64,000 nt of DNA from Antedon mediterranea (lineage: Eukaryota; Animalia; Echinodermata): positions 22,179,432 to 22,243,431 of the forward strand of contig NC_092679.1 of NCBI RefSeq assembly GCF_964355755.1. The letters are read 5' to 3'. The notes beneath the pieces are model-generated. The model saw nothing but the letters and a program-made list of their open reading frames with translations. It searched no databases and was not told where the DNA came from. How positions within the stretch are numbered: position 1 is the first letter of the stretch; each line of letters starts with the position of its first letter. The position numbers and the translations under genes are program-made. This document shows, piece by piece, positions 14,454-25,840 of the stretch.

Positions 14454-15169
14454 AAAGCGTTCACACTAGCGCCGCAACACAGCGAGGTATTGACACAAAG
14501 TTCTGTATTGCGTAATCACAATTGGGAATCGACGACACAACAGTAGGCTACATCGCAGGTTTTATTTCACGCAGGCGGGGGCAAACACAATTATTAGAAG
14601 GGCATTTTCTTACGTTGCGTAGGTTTCGTTAAAGCGTGGTTCCCACTAGTGACGCAACGCAAGGACGTAACGCAACGCAAGTGAATTGACCAATCACAAG
14701 CGATGGCTTATTCGCTTGTGATTGCTAACTGTCTATAACTTCGCTTGTCATTGGTTAAAACGCTTGCGTTGCGTTTACGTCCTTGCGTTACGTTCTAGTG
14801 GGAACCAAGCTTAAAGCGTGGTTCCAGCTAGGACGCAATTTAAGGACGTAGACGCAACGCAAGCAAGTTGACCACTGACAAGCGACAGTTCGAATAATTC
14901 ATTGTTTGTGATTGGTCAAATCCCTTACGTTGCGTTACCTCGTTATGTTGCGTCTCTATTGAGAACCGCGCTAAAGCTTGGTTCCCACTAGCGACGCAAT
15001 GTAACGCAATCTACGCAACGTAAGAAAATTCCCTTCCAATAAATGTGCGTAAAATCAAACCTGCGATGTTTGCAGCACTGTTGCGTCGTCGGTTCACACT
15101 TGTGATTCAGAATACAGCACTTTGCGTCGATACGTTGTTGTGTTGCGTTATAGTGGGAACCACGCTTTA
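14454..15169. mobile_element. cluster of four abutting MITE family A copies (two subtypes)
   Basis: TIR-bounded copies at ~14630-14813, ~14813-14972 and ~14972-15169, plus a partial copy at 14454-14630, joined at TA dinucleotides. Confidence 0.85.
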
Positions 15170-17050
15170 AATATGTGTTGCGTTGTGTTATTGGTACGTA
15201 ACAGCAGAGAAGAGTGAAATCACTCTTCCCTGGTAACAGTTAGTAAGTCACGGAGTATCATGAAAGGACAATTTCACTTATCTCCACTCCGTTAACGGGT
15301 CACAATTTACGATTAGGCCTAACGTACGTAACTCCCGGAAAATGACCGTAAACACGTCTGATCGCAATAATGTAGGTTAGTTTAATATCAATGTCCATCC
15401 GTAAAAATAAAATTAATTGTTTCTAACGCAGATTTAATTTGAATCATTCAGCAATTGTTTCAAAGTTAATTTACAAATGACATTCTGTACTAATTATGAA
15501 ATATCTTCAACAAGCCGTTTAATTTAAATTTAATAATTATCGTAATTTAAAGTGTTGACTTCGGATGTAATCGACTTCCGTCAATCGATTGGACTTGTGT
15601 TCCACGCATGCGCATATAGTCAAAATTCACTAATCCCAAAACGATTTAAATAATCACATTTTGATGTTGATTTATTGATGGTTTTATATTTTAAACGATG
15701 CATAAATGTTTGTTTCTCTTAGGAATGTGGGTATGTAGAGACATAATGTGCATAGCAGTCCAACAATTAGGAAACAGTTACATTTTACAGATATTTTTGT
15801 TCCTAACAATCATTAATAAACATTATGCGGGAATAGTAACCAGATCATGTCACTGCAGACCTGTGTTGAACACAAATCTTGAAGAAAAAAAATGAAAGAG
15901 TTTTTTCAGTTGTGAATATAGAAAGTGCGTTTAGTTACATAAAAGCACATTTACATAATTTTGTTCCAAACAATAATAATTATACCCTTTGGATACATTT
16001 TGAATGAGCGCATAATAATACATGCACACATCGCGCTTAAAACTACCCATGCAAGATCGACGAGAATCTGATCTTGACCTTTGACTTTTTATTTAAGCAA
16101 ATTAGTCTCAATACCAGTCGTCATGACAACGTTTTATTGTCACCTTTAAATTGGTATTTTAAAATTGATCATTAATCTTGCATATTAATGTTGCTATTTA
16201 TAGACGTCATCATCGCTATGATAATATTACTATTATCACAAGTGTGCATGGTATCATTTTAATGCAGCGCATGCGCAGTGAACTTAAAAAAGTTCATGCG
16301 ACGAAATGGATGTGGAAAATTAATTATACAAGGGAGTGTTTTAGCAGATAAAAAATCATTATGTAGTCAGTTTTAAATAGAGAAAGTCTTGCAGTATTCA
16401 AAAACAATAAAAATCTAGCAGATATAGGTGATTATAACTTGTATACAGTTAAACCACTCCTTTTAGGAGATACCCCTATCAATTGAAACCTCTATTATGA
16501 GGACAATTTCCCGGAAATCAACGAGGGAAAATGTGTTTTTAAAACCACAACGACCATCCTCTTATTCAAGGTACACTCCCATTTAATGAGATATTCTATT
16601 GGGTTGGTTCTACAGAATGCCTGCTCAGTTAGCCGTCTTTAACAGTTTTCACACGCACGCGTAAACTTGGTCTTGTGACGTTAGAGCTTTTCGATAATTG
16701 CTTTTTAAAAAACATTTTATATATACACGTAATGTTTAACTGTACATAATATGATGATTATTCGTGAATAAAATGTATATCATACAAAATCGTCAACAGT
16801 AAAGGTGTGCAGTAGTTGGGAACAGATCAAGTCTTAAATAGCATGTTTGTGGTTCTTCTATACCCTCCTAAAATCTAATCGTCCATTTAGTAGCCTAAGT
16901 GGAGTAAACACGAAATATTTAATCTTATTACATCTATACATCTTGCAAAGTTAACTTATGTAACTATTAGCTTTTTACAACATAAACATTGAGGAAACTC
17001 CATTTCCCCCAGTTAAAAAAACATAAAAATTAGCGCCATCAACGGTTTGT

Positions 17051-17182
17051 TAAGCGTGGTTCCCACTAGAACGCAACGCAGCGACGTATCGACCCTGTAT
17101 TGCGTAATCAAAAGTGGAAACCGACGACACAACAATGCTGCAAACATCACAGGTTTGATTTCACGCAGGCGGGGGCAAAGCT
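17051..17182. mobile_element. partial MITE family A copy
   Basis: TAAGCGTGGTTCCCACTAGAACGCAACG...ACAGGTTTGATTTCACGCAGGCGGGGGCAAA, matching 14454-14590. Confidence 0.8.
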
Positions 17183-17307
17183 TTATGATTTTTATACCCA
17201 ATGCAATTGTCATTTCCCTCTATTTTACATTCTGATTTTTTAAATGTTAACATACTTCCTAGTTACACTGTTTGATGACATAACACGACTTTCTTTTCAT
17301 CTTTCAG

Positions 17308-18227
17308 GTTTTGGAATGACGTCACCGTCAACAAACAATGGAAAAGTATTCTTAATTTTGTACGGAGTGCCCGGATGTGCAGCAACCATTTTATTTTTCA
17401 ATCTCTTTTTAGAAAGACTCATCACGTTTGTAGCTTATGTTTTAAAGGAATGGCACAAACGAAATGTAAAGAGAAGAGCATTAGCTGGAAATGGTCCAGT
17501 CGACCAAAGGATTGAAGCAGAGATTGATGAAGAACTGGAGAGGTGGAAGCCTTCTGTTTATCGAGTAATGGTGTTACTGGGAATAGCAGCGACTGTGATT
17601 GCGCTATGTGCATCGGCTATGTACACTTATGTTGAAAATTGGGAATATTTTGAGAGTTTCTATTTCTGTTTTGTAGCCTTCAGCACAATTGGATTTGGAG
17701 ATTACGTCACAAGTCAAAACAGTAACTATGATAGACAATTCGCATATCGATTTGGAAACTTTTGTTTTCTTGTAGCGGGAGTATGTTGTATATATTCAAT
17801 GTATAATGTTGGATCTATAGTTATCAAGCAATTCCTAAATCTTGTATTGAAAAAGTTAGAATGCCGTTGTTGTCAAAAGCCAAGACCGCGAGCGAGGCGG
17901 AACGCCATCACTCCCGGTCATGGAATGCGGCAACAAGGCGTCCAACGACAGGGAAGTGCAGGTAGCAAGAAAATCCAGAAAAAAGTGGAAGTCAAAGATA
18001 TTGATTCAAACTATGATAGCGACGCGGAGATGAATCACGGAGACGGCCGCCGTATGTCGGGTGAGATGATATCTCTCAAAGATTTTCTTGCACATAATAA
18101 AGTATCTCTGGCAGTTATGCAAAAACAATTGTATGAGAGTCAAAATAATCAGAACAGTCGGAGTAATGGGGCGCTTGGGATGCCAATTGGGGGCGTGGCC
18201 ATTGCTGATGATAAGCTACAAGAGTAG
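17308..18227 (+). CDS. KCNK13: THIK-type two-pore-domain K+ channel (KCNK12/13-like), last coding exon
   Basis: Acceptor ctttcag|GT at 17307/17308 (phase 1) gives G-FGMTSP, the end of pore 1. Then M2 GKVFLILYGVPGCAATILFFNLFLERLIT, pore 2 WEYFESFYFCFVAFSTIGFGD, M4 GVCCIYS and the THIK C-terminal motif GRRMSGEMISLKDFLAHNKVSLAVMQKQL. Stop TAG at 18225-18227. The ORF's first 21 residues are intron. No exon 1 was found upstream in the window. Confidence 0.95.
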
Positions 18228-18882
18228 ACAATTATGTTGATATGCAAAAAATATATTTCAATTACTCGAACAAAAAACGCCGATATAAACATTTCAAAGC
18301 CAAACAAATGTTATGTATGTAAGTTTTACACTTTGTCCAGACTATTTCTAATCATATGTTGAGCAAAAGTGGCCTTATTTCATATATTTAGGTCCTAAAT
18401 AAAACGTGTCCTGTGGCATTGCTGTATCTAGTATTTTTTAATAATTTAGGTTGTGTATACAAAATGAATTACAATAAGTTAATTGGTACGTGGTTAGAAA
18501 TCAGTAGCGTATTTTAATTATTTGTTATGAAATTAAAGTAAACGGATTAATGGGACTAAAAACCTGTATCGTACCAATTCGTACTAAAGTCGCACTAACG
18601 CACAACATTAAGTTACGTACATATAGCCCAAAGTGAAGGAAAACGCTATATAACCTTTGCTATAGGTCCGAATGTATAATGTAAACATATCAATATAGAC
18701 CCTATGCTATAGAAACATTGTATATTGTGTGAAAAAAATCTAGATTTACCGTCCCAAACTATTTTGTAGATTTGTTTTGCCAAAGGACTTGGCGTTTTAT
18801 ATTTAATGAACACAGCTTTATTTTAAAGTGAATTAATATCAAATATTAAATTATTGATGTGAAATTCAGGAACCAAGATATT

Positions 18883-19056
18883 AAGGGGATTCCGATTTGC
18901 GATGACCTATGACCTATGAACAGGTCATGTTAATTCATTGTGCGCATGCAGAGAGGTTAAGACGTAAATGTGACGGTGTCTTGGTGTTCAGGTCTTGTCG
19001 CCGACAGACACATTAATGGGTAGGTCATAGTTCATCGCAAATGGAAAACTCCCTAT
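18883..19056. mobile_element. MITE family C
   Basis: Inverted ends AGGGGATTCCGATTTGCGATGACCTATGACCTA / TAGGTCATAGTTCATCGCAAATGGAAAACTCCCTA. A related copy at ~26286-26473 ends in AAAATCGAAAACTCCCTA. Confidence 0.65.
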
Positions 19057-22000
19057 TATTAGCTTGGAATTGGTTTTGTGATTATTATTCCGACACTCGG
19101 ACCGATGTCCGAACGAAGCTGTGATTGGTGCAGCGCAACCTTCGGCCACTCACCCATTGTCGGAAAAATAATCACATCATTTTGACGAATTAACATTTTA
19201 CAAAAATATTAACATAAAAAAAACATAAAAATATCAAATGTAGAGTTACATAGATTTTAAAATATGATATAAGTAACTGAAAAAAGCTATTTTAAGAGCA
19301 TCACATTTATATAGTTGTTGGACGAGGCTTAATAGCTTCTCAATTTGATTACAGTAAGTCTATAATAATTATACATACCTGTACACTTATATTAATTCTC
19401 AATTATTGGTTCACCTCTACTCATACATTAATACTTGGATGTGAACCAATACATACATCATATCTTTTGTTTTTAATAAACGTAATGTATAACCCATAAA
19501 AAATATTTACAATTATAATAAACTCCTTCATTGATGTATACTCCTTCGGCTGATGCATCTATTTGCGTATTATTCTATGCAAGTTAAATAGACGGATTTC
19601 GATAGGTAGGGCCTAGGATATCGGAAACTAACGTACCTACTAAAAAAAGGAAATATACACTCCTTTTTATTGTACATATAATAAGATCTATATATAATGT
19701 AAAAAGTAACTTCCTTTTAACTAAAACTATTTATCGTTAAAAGGAATCAAAGATTTTTCAATATCTAAAAATGTCTTTTTTTTCTAAATGTGTGCGTGTG
19801 TGTGATGTGCTACGAACGTACGTCTGTGGAATATTAACGCGGTTTTGCGAATCATTTTAGTTTTTTTTTCAGAGAGTTTGGGGCAATATTGAGAATTGTA
19901 ATAATGTTATTCAGTGACCTTTGTCCTTTGTTTTATGCAGAATATAAATCGAAGCATTCCCACAATTTACCTTACTAAGCGTAGATAGATACATATATTA
20001 TTATTTATATTTTAGTTTGAATCAACGATTGAATAACACAAATAATTATACTGATTCAAACAATTAGTTTATTATGAAAAAAGAATTAATAATATAATAA
20101 TAATCTTGCAATTTATTATCAATGTGTTAATAATAATAATTTTATTATTTATATTAATTTAGGTTTTTTACGATCTTGTAAGTTTCACATTGAGCTCGGA
20201 TTTAGTCCGGTGGCCAGAGAAAGCTTCAGTCTATTTTTCGATTTCGATCACACGGTTCAATTCTTAAATACTACATCCATAAAAAAATAGATTCTTTATC
20301 TGGCCGCCACCGGACACGAATCCGTGCTCAGTGTAGATGACAATGGTGATGGTAGTGATGATAAGTGCGCTATTGCGCAGTAAAAAAAATTGCAAGCGCG
20401 CGCACATCACATGTTATGGGAATTTAACTTATGTTAAATCAACACCGGTAACCAAAATAAAGTGACAAAAGGAAGGCTTAAGCCACACAAATAAAGTAAA
20501 ATGGCCAAGTAATATTGAAATTTAGTTGCAAAATATATTTGGAGAATAATTATAAATTACAATTAAAAAAAATATTGATTGATGTTTCCATGGTTATTTA
20601 TTGTTATCACTTATTATCAATATATTATCACTTATCATCATTATTATATAGTTTTATATGTTACTATGTTTAAAAATGAGAATTTTGTAAACATTATCTT
20701 TAGCTTTAAAATTGTGTTGAGTTATTGTTGGTTTCATTAGCAACTGAGTAAAAAAAATCGTATTATAAAATTTACGACTAGGTGCATTGAATTACCTAAT
20801 CAAATTACCACAACATTGGTTACGCGTTTCCGTCATTGATTTTTACGACTTCGACGCGTCATACTAGGCGCGCCATACATAAATTAGACGTTTATCTAAA
20901 AGATGATGTTAACACGTTTGGCGAACGATTCAATGTTCATATATTACTTTTTGTTGTTAAGACCCCGGTTAAGACTTAAAATAATAACGAATAAAACACA
21001 TTATTTTCTATACGGCGTTAACATAAAGGAGCACAGGTACAGTAATAGTCGTAAAATGTGCATTTAAACATTTTTATTATGAACCCATTAAATTTAATAT
21101 CATTGCATGATTTCCTGAAAATTAATGAGAAAAACTTTACAGTTATTAAGGATTAATACCCATCAAATATGTTTTTATGAATATTTGAAATTACTCAATA
21201 TGTTATTAATATAGTATTTTACTTTATAATGCTATAACATAACCTGTCCATGTGCATTTATATATACACGTATGAAGTTTCGTACATAATTTAAAAAAAG
21301 ACACAAAAGTGGCGCGTGCGTACCATTATTATCAATGTTTAAACGCGCGCGTCAACGTTTGTATCTCCTTGTGGTGATATACTTTATCATGTACGAAGTA
21401 TAATGATTTTTCGTACATGTGTATGATTATTTTATAAAAGACACAAAAGTGACGCGCGCGTACCATTAATATCATTGTTTTAACGCGCGCGTCAAATTTT
21501 ATTGTGGTCTTCAAACACACCGACGTAGAATACACTATTTAGTCTTATTTCTGCTAAAATAGCATACAGCCCTAGAATTGTTATCGGCCATGTTCTCCAT
21601 ATTCAATTGTTTTAACTACAGTTCATGCTTAATTTAAAACTGTTACATAATATATGTATTGCGCAATTTGTGTGAATTATCAAGGCTAGGTTTTCATCAT
21701 CAATATTGTACACTAAGGCCATAAATAATATAAAAGGCGATGCGACAAGTTTTAACGTTTGAAAATCAATTTCTCCTCCCCTATTCCCGCAAGAATATCG
21801 CAAATCGACTTTAATATGCTTAAAACAATAATATTTCCCAAGTCTAGAAGCAGTGGGTTCATTAATGGCTGTTTCAAACATAGTAGAAAGGTCTTGTCAA
21901 AATGAGGTCTTTTAGATTCAAAGTACAGTTGTATAAGATGAAAAAAAAATGTATATATTATCATTGGTAGTTTACGGTAACTATGGTAACATAGCTATTA

Positions 22001-22713
22001 AGTATATCATATTATTTGGAAATAAAATCCTTTCTTTTAATCGCTATTTCATTGATTTTTGTAGTTAATTAACATAACATGAATAATTCATGAGCACTTT
22101 AGATGATAATTTTAAAGGTTGTTTTATTTTAAAATTCAGACAATCTTCTTACAATAATGCGCCAACGATAATTAGTTAAAAGTGCGTTTACACGGTTTCA
22201 TTAAACCATATTTTAATTTGTGATCACTTAAACTGTATGGCAATGTACAATAATATGTGATTCTACAGAGACGTGCCCTAACAATGGTGGGGGGGGGGGG
22301 GGGGGGCAAAAAGACTTGCCCTAAAAGTAAGGGCAGTCAACATTAGGGCAACAATACTGAATTCTTTTGTAATTCATAAGTATAATAGCTGAAACGGATG
22401 TCTTCTGAAAGAAGAAACTAAATGTTATTGCGGTAACAATTACACTCATCTGCAGTTATACATTATGCCTAATAGTAGGCCTGCAATATCAATTGGTGAT
22501 TCACACAAAAGGAAGAGATCTGTAGGTATAGTTGAGGGTATACAACGAATACCCTCATCTCTAAGGAATTGCATAGTGTCCAATTTGAAGCATCTTCTGA
22601 CTAAAGCCGCTATGACACGGAGTTGGAAAATACAGGCCTAGTTGCAAAATACACATGCCCACCAAATCACCAGAATTGCATAGTGTTAAAAAGTTCATTA
22701 AAATATCTACCAA

Positions 22714-23930
22714 CTAATTGATTATATGTGTAAAGATCTGTAATCGTTTATTGTCAACTTCACTGACGACAATTCTACCGTCTGTCAAAACCGTGACATC
22801 TTCAGGCCACTTTAGCTGTCCTTCTTTCGATCCTTTCTTTCCCAATGTTGTGATACACGTCCCTTTCATGTCCAAGATCTGGATTCGATTGTTGTCGCTG
22901 TCAGCGACAACTATCCTGCCTTGTTTGTCAACCGCGATGCCATTTGGAGATTTGAACTGGCCGAGTCCTTTGCCGCGCTTTCCAAATTTGTGATGGAATT
23001 CTCCATCTAGACTGAATATTTGTATGCAGTGGTTGTCCCGATCGGACACGATTATTTTATCTTGGTTGATAGCAAGGTAGGATGGGAAGCAGAATTGGCC
23101 TTCTGCCTTTCCTTGGCTACCAATTCGTCGAAGAAACTCTCCGTCAGAGGTAAAAACTTTGACAGAATGATTACAAGTATCGCACACGTAAATGTTATCG
23201 TCTGCATCGCATGCAACGCCTGCTGGGTAATATAACTCATCTTCCTTTTGACCCTTGCTGCCAAACTTTCGTAGAAACTGTCCATTTTTATCCCAGACAT
23301 GAATGCAGTTATTCACGTGATCAGAAACGACTATGTGACCTCTGTTATTGATGCAGACACCAGTTGGTGACGTGAAGTACTCACCACCTAATGCGTACGA
23401 TCCAAATGAGGTTTTAACCTCTCCACTTGCGTTCATGATTCTGACGCACTGGTTTCCTTCGTCAGCCACGGCAATCACGTCTCCGGACACGAAGGCGACT
23501 CCTTGCGGACCGCTATTGAGTTCTATGACTTCCGAATAAGTTTCTGGCTTTGAAGTTTCCTCGATTGTGTTCTTTACATTATACGGAGTATTTACTGTAT
23601 TGGAATTGTAAGGAGGAACATGGCAACCGTATTGCGAATACTGCAATCCACCGTGGGCCCCTTGAGGGATGTGACCTGGCTGAGCTGGCATGGCATAGGC
23701 AGGGGACGGGCTGTAGGCTGGTGGCGGTTGAGCTGGGTACGGGTAACTCGGTTGATATTGCGGTGGTTGTCCTGGATGATTGTTATGGTCAGCTGGAGCT
23801 CTGATCGGTGGCGTGTCCGATAAAGAAAGCTCGCTTATTTTTGTCTGTAAACTTTCAACGTACTCTCGTAATTCTCTCAGCATTTCCGCCGACTCTGTTC
23901 CTGGAAGTTTCATTTCTTCAGTGACGTCAT
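22714..23930 (-). CDS. Death-domain/NHL-repeat protein, exon 3 (coiled coil, P/Q/Y-rich linker, six NHL repeats)
   Basis: Acceptor ttttatcttttccag|AT at 23931/23930 (phase 1) is in frame with ORF 22714-23979. Six NHL blades: PQGVAF, PTGVCI, PAGVAC, PSYLAI, PNGIAV, PEDVTV, each followed by an IvVsD..N..iqif motif. Stop at 22714-22716. Confidence 0.92.
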
Positions 23931-24249
23931 CTGGAAAAGATAAAAAAACACAATCTGCTGGTAGATACGGGTAATTCAATTACTCTCAATTACAAGCTAC
24001 AGCTTTGCGAAATGATATTGCATAATTTGTCAACATAATTAAAGTTAAAAAAGCCGAATTTAATTTCAGTTTCCAAGGTCAGACTTCATGGTAATTATTC
24101 TATTGTGTTACACTATGTGTGTTTATTAAATAAAATCATAACCTTGTCTAATTCGATGCATGTCGAATTAAAAAGGAGAATTTTACATCATCATAAGACT
24201 GGCTTGTGTTTTCACGGTATATTATCTTCGATCATTACAAGGAAATATC

Positions 24250-24419
24250 AAGCGCAGTTCCCACTAGGACGTAACACACAGACGTAGAGGCAACGCAAGC
24301 GAGTTGACCAATGACAAGCAACAGTTCGAATAATCCATCGCTTGTGTGTTGGTCAAATCACTTACAGTGCGTTGCGCTTCCGTCCTTGCGTTGCGTTTCT
24401 AGTGGGAACAAAGCATTAG
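24250..24419. mobile_element. MITE family A copy in intron 2 of the Death-NHL gene
   Basis: AAGCGCAGTTCCCACTAGGACGTAAC ... CTAGTGGGAACAAAGCATTA. Confidence 0.85.
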
Positions 24420-25102
24420 TGATAATATTGGAGAAGTAAAGGCGATACGATGGTGTTGATAGTGACGATGGCGGTGATAACGTCAGTTAAAAACCCCAGA
24501 ACTTAAAGGTAGCGTTATATACGCGACTAACAATGTTTCTGTCTGAACTACAGAAGGCGGATTAGTGTAAGACAACTGTTACGCTTCGTATCTGGAGTTG
24601 GAATAACGATGATACAGATAATCAATAATGATAATGATCACGGTTGAAAACAATAAACTTGTTTATTTTATGCATTTTATTGCGTTCATTGTAGTTATCG
24701 AGTTACTCTATTCCATTGTATTAATCACGGTTAGACTAATAAACTATCTCATATAATATTGATTAAACGCAAAATATGAATATATATCGCTTTAAAGTAC
24801 ATTAACGGTTATATAGAATGTGAGTACTTTTAAACGATTTTATTTGAATAATATTAATTCCGTAGTATTTTAACCACATTGACGTAATTTAAATCCATCT
24901 CATTTTTACGGCCACCGTACCTTTAGACTAATATCATTTAGGAGAGTTTGGTCCAATCTTAAAGTCTGTCACAGTTATCAAAGTAGAAGACTTAGATACC
25001 TGTTATCCATAAATTATATCCATACGTTGCTCAATTATTTTTTAATATGAAAATTAAATAGTTTAACAAGCAGAGCATGACGCCGCCGCGCGGCAGACCT
25101 AC

Positions 25103-25360
25103 CTTGATGGAACGCCGCAAGAATGTCATTGCGACCAACTTTCTCCAGCGTCTTGCAAAGTAGTTTCACCGTCTCAATCGATGAGCCTTTCTTGCGTTTG
25201 AACGAGAGAAGCATGGCGAATATCTGGTTTTCTGTTGTTGCGTTGTCCCTCTTAAGCCGGTCCAGTTCACTATAACTGATGCCTAGGTAGGATGCGATGG
25301 ACTCCCATTCGTTGCCGAGGTCACTGGCAATGTTTCGCAGAAGTTGCTCCTTTAGGAGAT
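25103..25360 (-). CDS. Death-domain/NHL-repeat protein, exon 2 (Death domain)
   Basis: Acceptor gtctttccag|AT and donor CAAG|gtagg. The exon is 258 nt, phase 1-1 and stop-free: DLLKEQLLRNIASDLGNEWESIASYLGISYSELDRLKRDNATTENQIFAMLLSFKRKKGSSIETVKLLCKTLEKVGRNDILAAFHQ. It fits the Death-domain pattern (iA..LG..W..lA..LG.s..el..i......Q...ML..w/f......t...L...L...gR.Di). It is absent from the ORF track. Confidence 0.88.
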
Positions 25361-25458
25361 CTGGAAAGACAATGATACATTAGTTGGAAATGAATTAGGG
25401 AAAGAATTTTAGAATTTTTAGATATAAATGTGGCTATAGACCCGTGGAAATATGGCAT

Positions 25459-25605
25459 TAGCTTGTTTCCAAAGTAACGCAACGTAAGTGATTTTACCAA
25501 TCATAAGCGATGGATTATTTGAATAGTGGCTTGTCAGTGGTCAATCCGCTTGCGTAGCGTGTACGTACGTCCTGGCGCTGCGTGTCTAGTGGGAACCACG
25601 TTTTA
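25459..25605. mobile_element. MITE family A copy in intron 1 of the Death-NHL gene
   Basis: TAGCTTGTTTCC...GACGCAACG-type internal sequence, ending CTAGTGGGAACCACGTTTTA. Confidence 0.75.
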
Positions 25606-25806
25606 GTTGGAGATACGTAGACATCATACTTATATATCATTGCATTGTGATGATAATGGTAAAGTAATATTTATAGGACTTTAGTCCTGCGTAAATAAAA
25701 AAAAACCAAGCATAATGTACTTTTTTTTAAATGTTTTAAAAAATATGCGGTTTATCCAGGAAAGAGTAAAGAGACAAAAATAAATATTCAAAATAATTTA
25801 TTCTAC

Positions 25807-25840
25807 CTGGCTTCTTCCGCAGTCCGCCCGATGACGTCAT
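25807..25840 (-). CDS. Death-domain/NHL-repeat protein, probable first coding exon (MTSSGGLRKKP)
   Basis: ATG at 25840-25838, then 34 nt to donor CCAG|gtaga. This is phase 1 and matches the Death-domain exon. A plausible upstream acceptor (atttcag|) lies at 25936/25935. The spliced CDS is 34+258+1217 = 1509 nt (502 aa). Confidence 0.7.

Noticed and set aside
17244-17307. ATG at 17244 as the start of the K2P channel
   Set aside because: The segment is a polypyrimidine tract ending in a strong acceptor. M1, the cap and most of pore 1 are missing and must come from an upstream exon outside the window.
23575-23660. Possible RHIM motif in the Death-NHL linker (GLQYSQYG...NSNTVN)
   Set aside because: It lacks the (I/V)Q(I/V/L)G core; the resemblance is only compositional.
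22718-23974. Several plus-strand ORFs antisense to the NHL exon (and 37198-37470 antisense to DHX57)
   Set aside because: These are shadow ORFs of real coding exons, with no independent features.
23931-23979. N-terminus MNYPYLPADCVFLSFP of the 421-aa ORF, and calling the gene TRIM2/3/71
   Set aside because: This stretch is intron (non-ATG start, acceptor at 23931). No RING, B-box or filamin exon was found, so no TRIM symbol is assigned.
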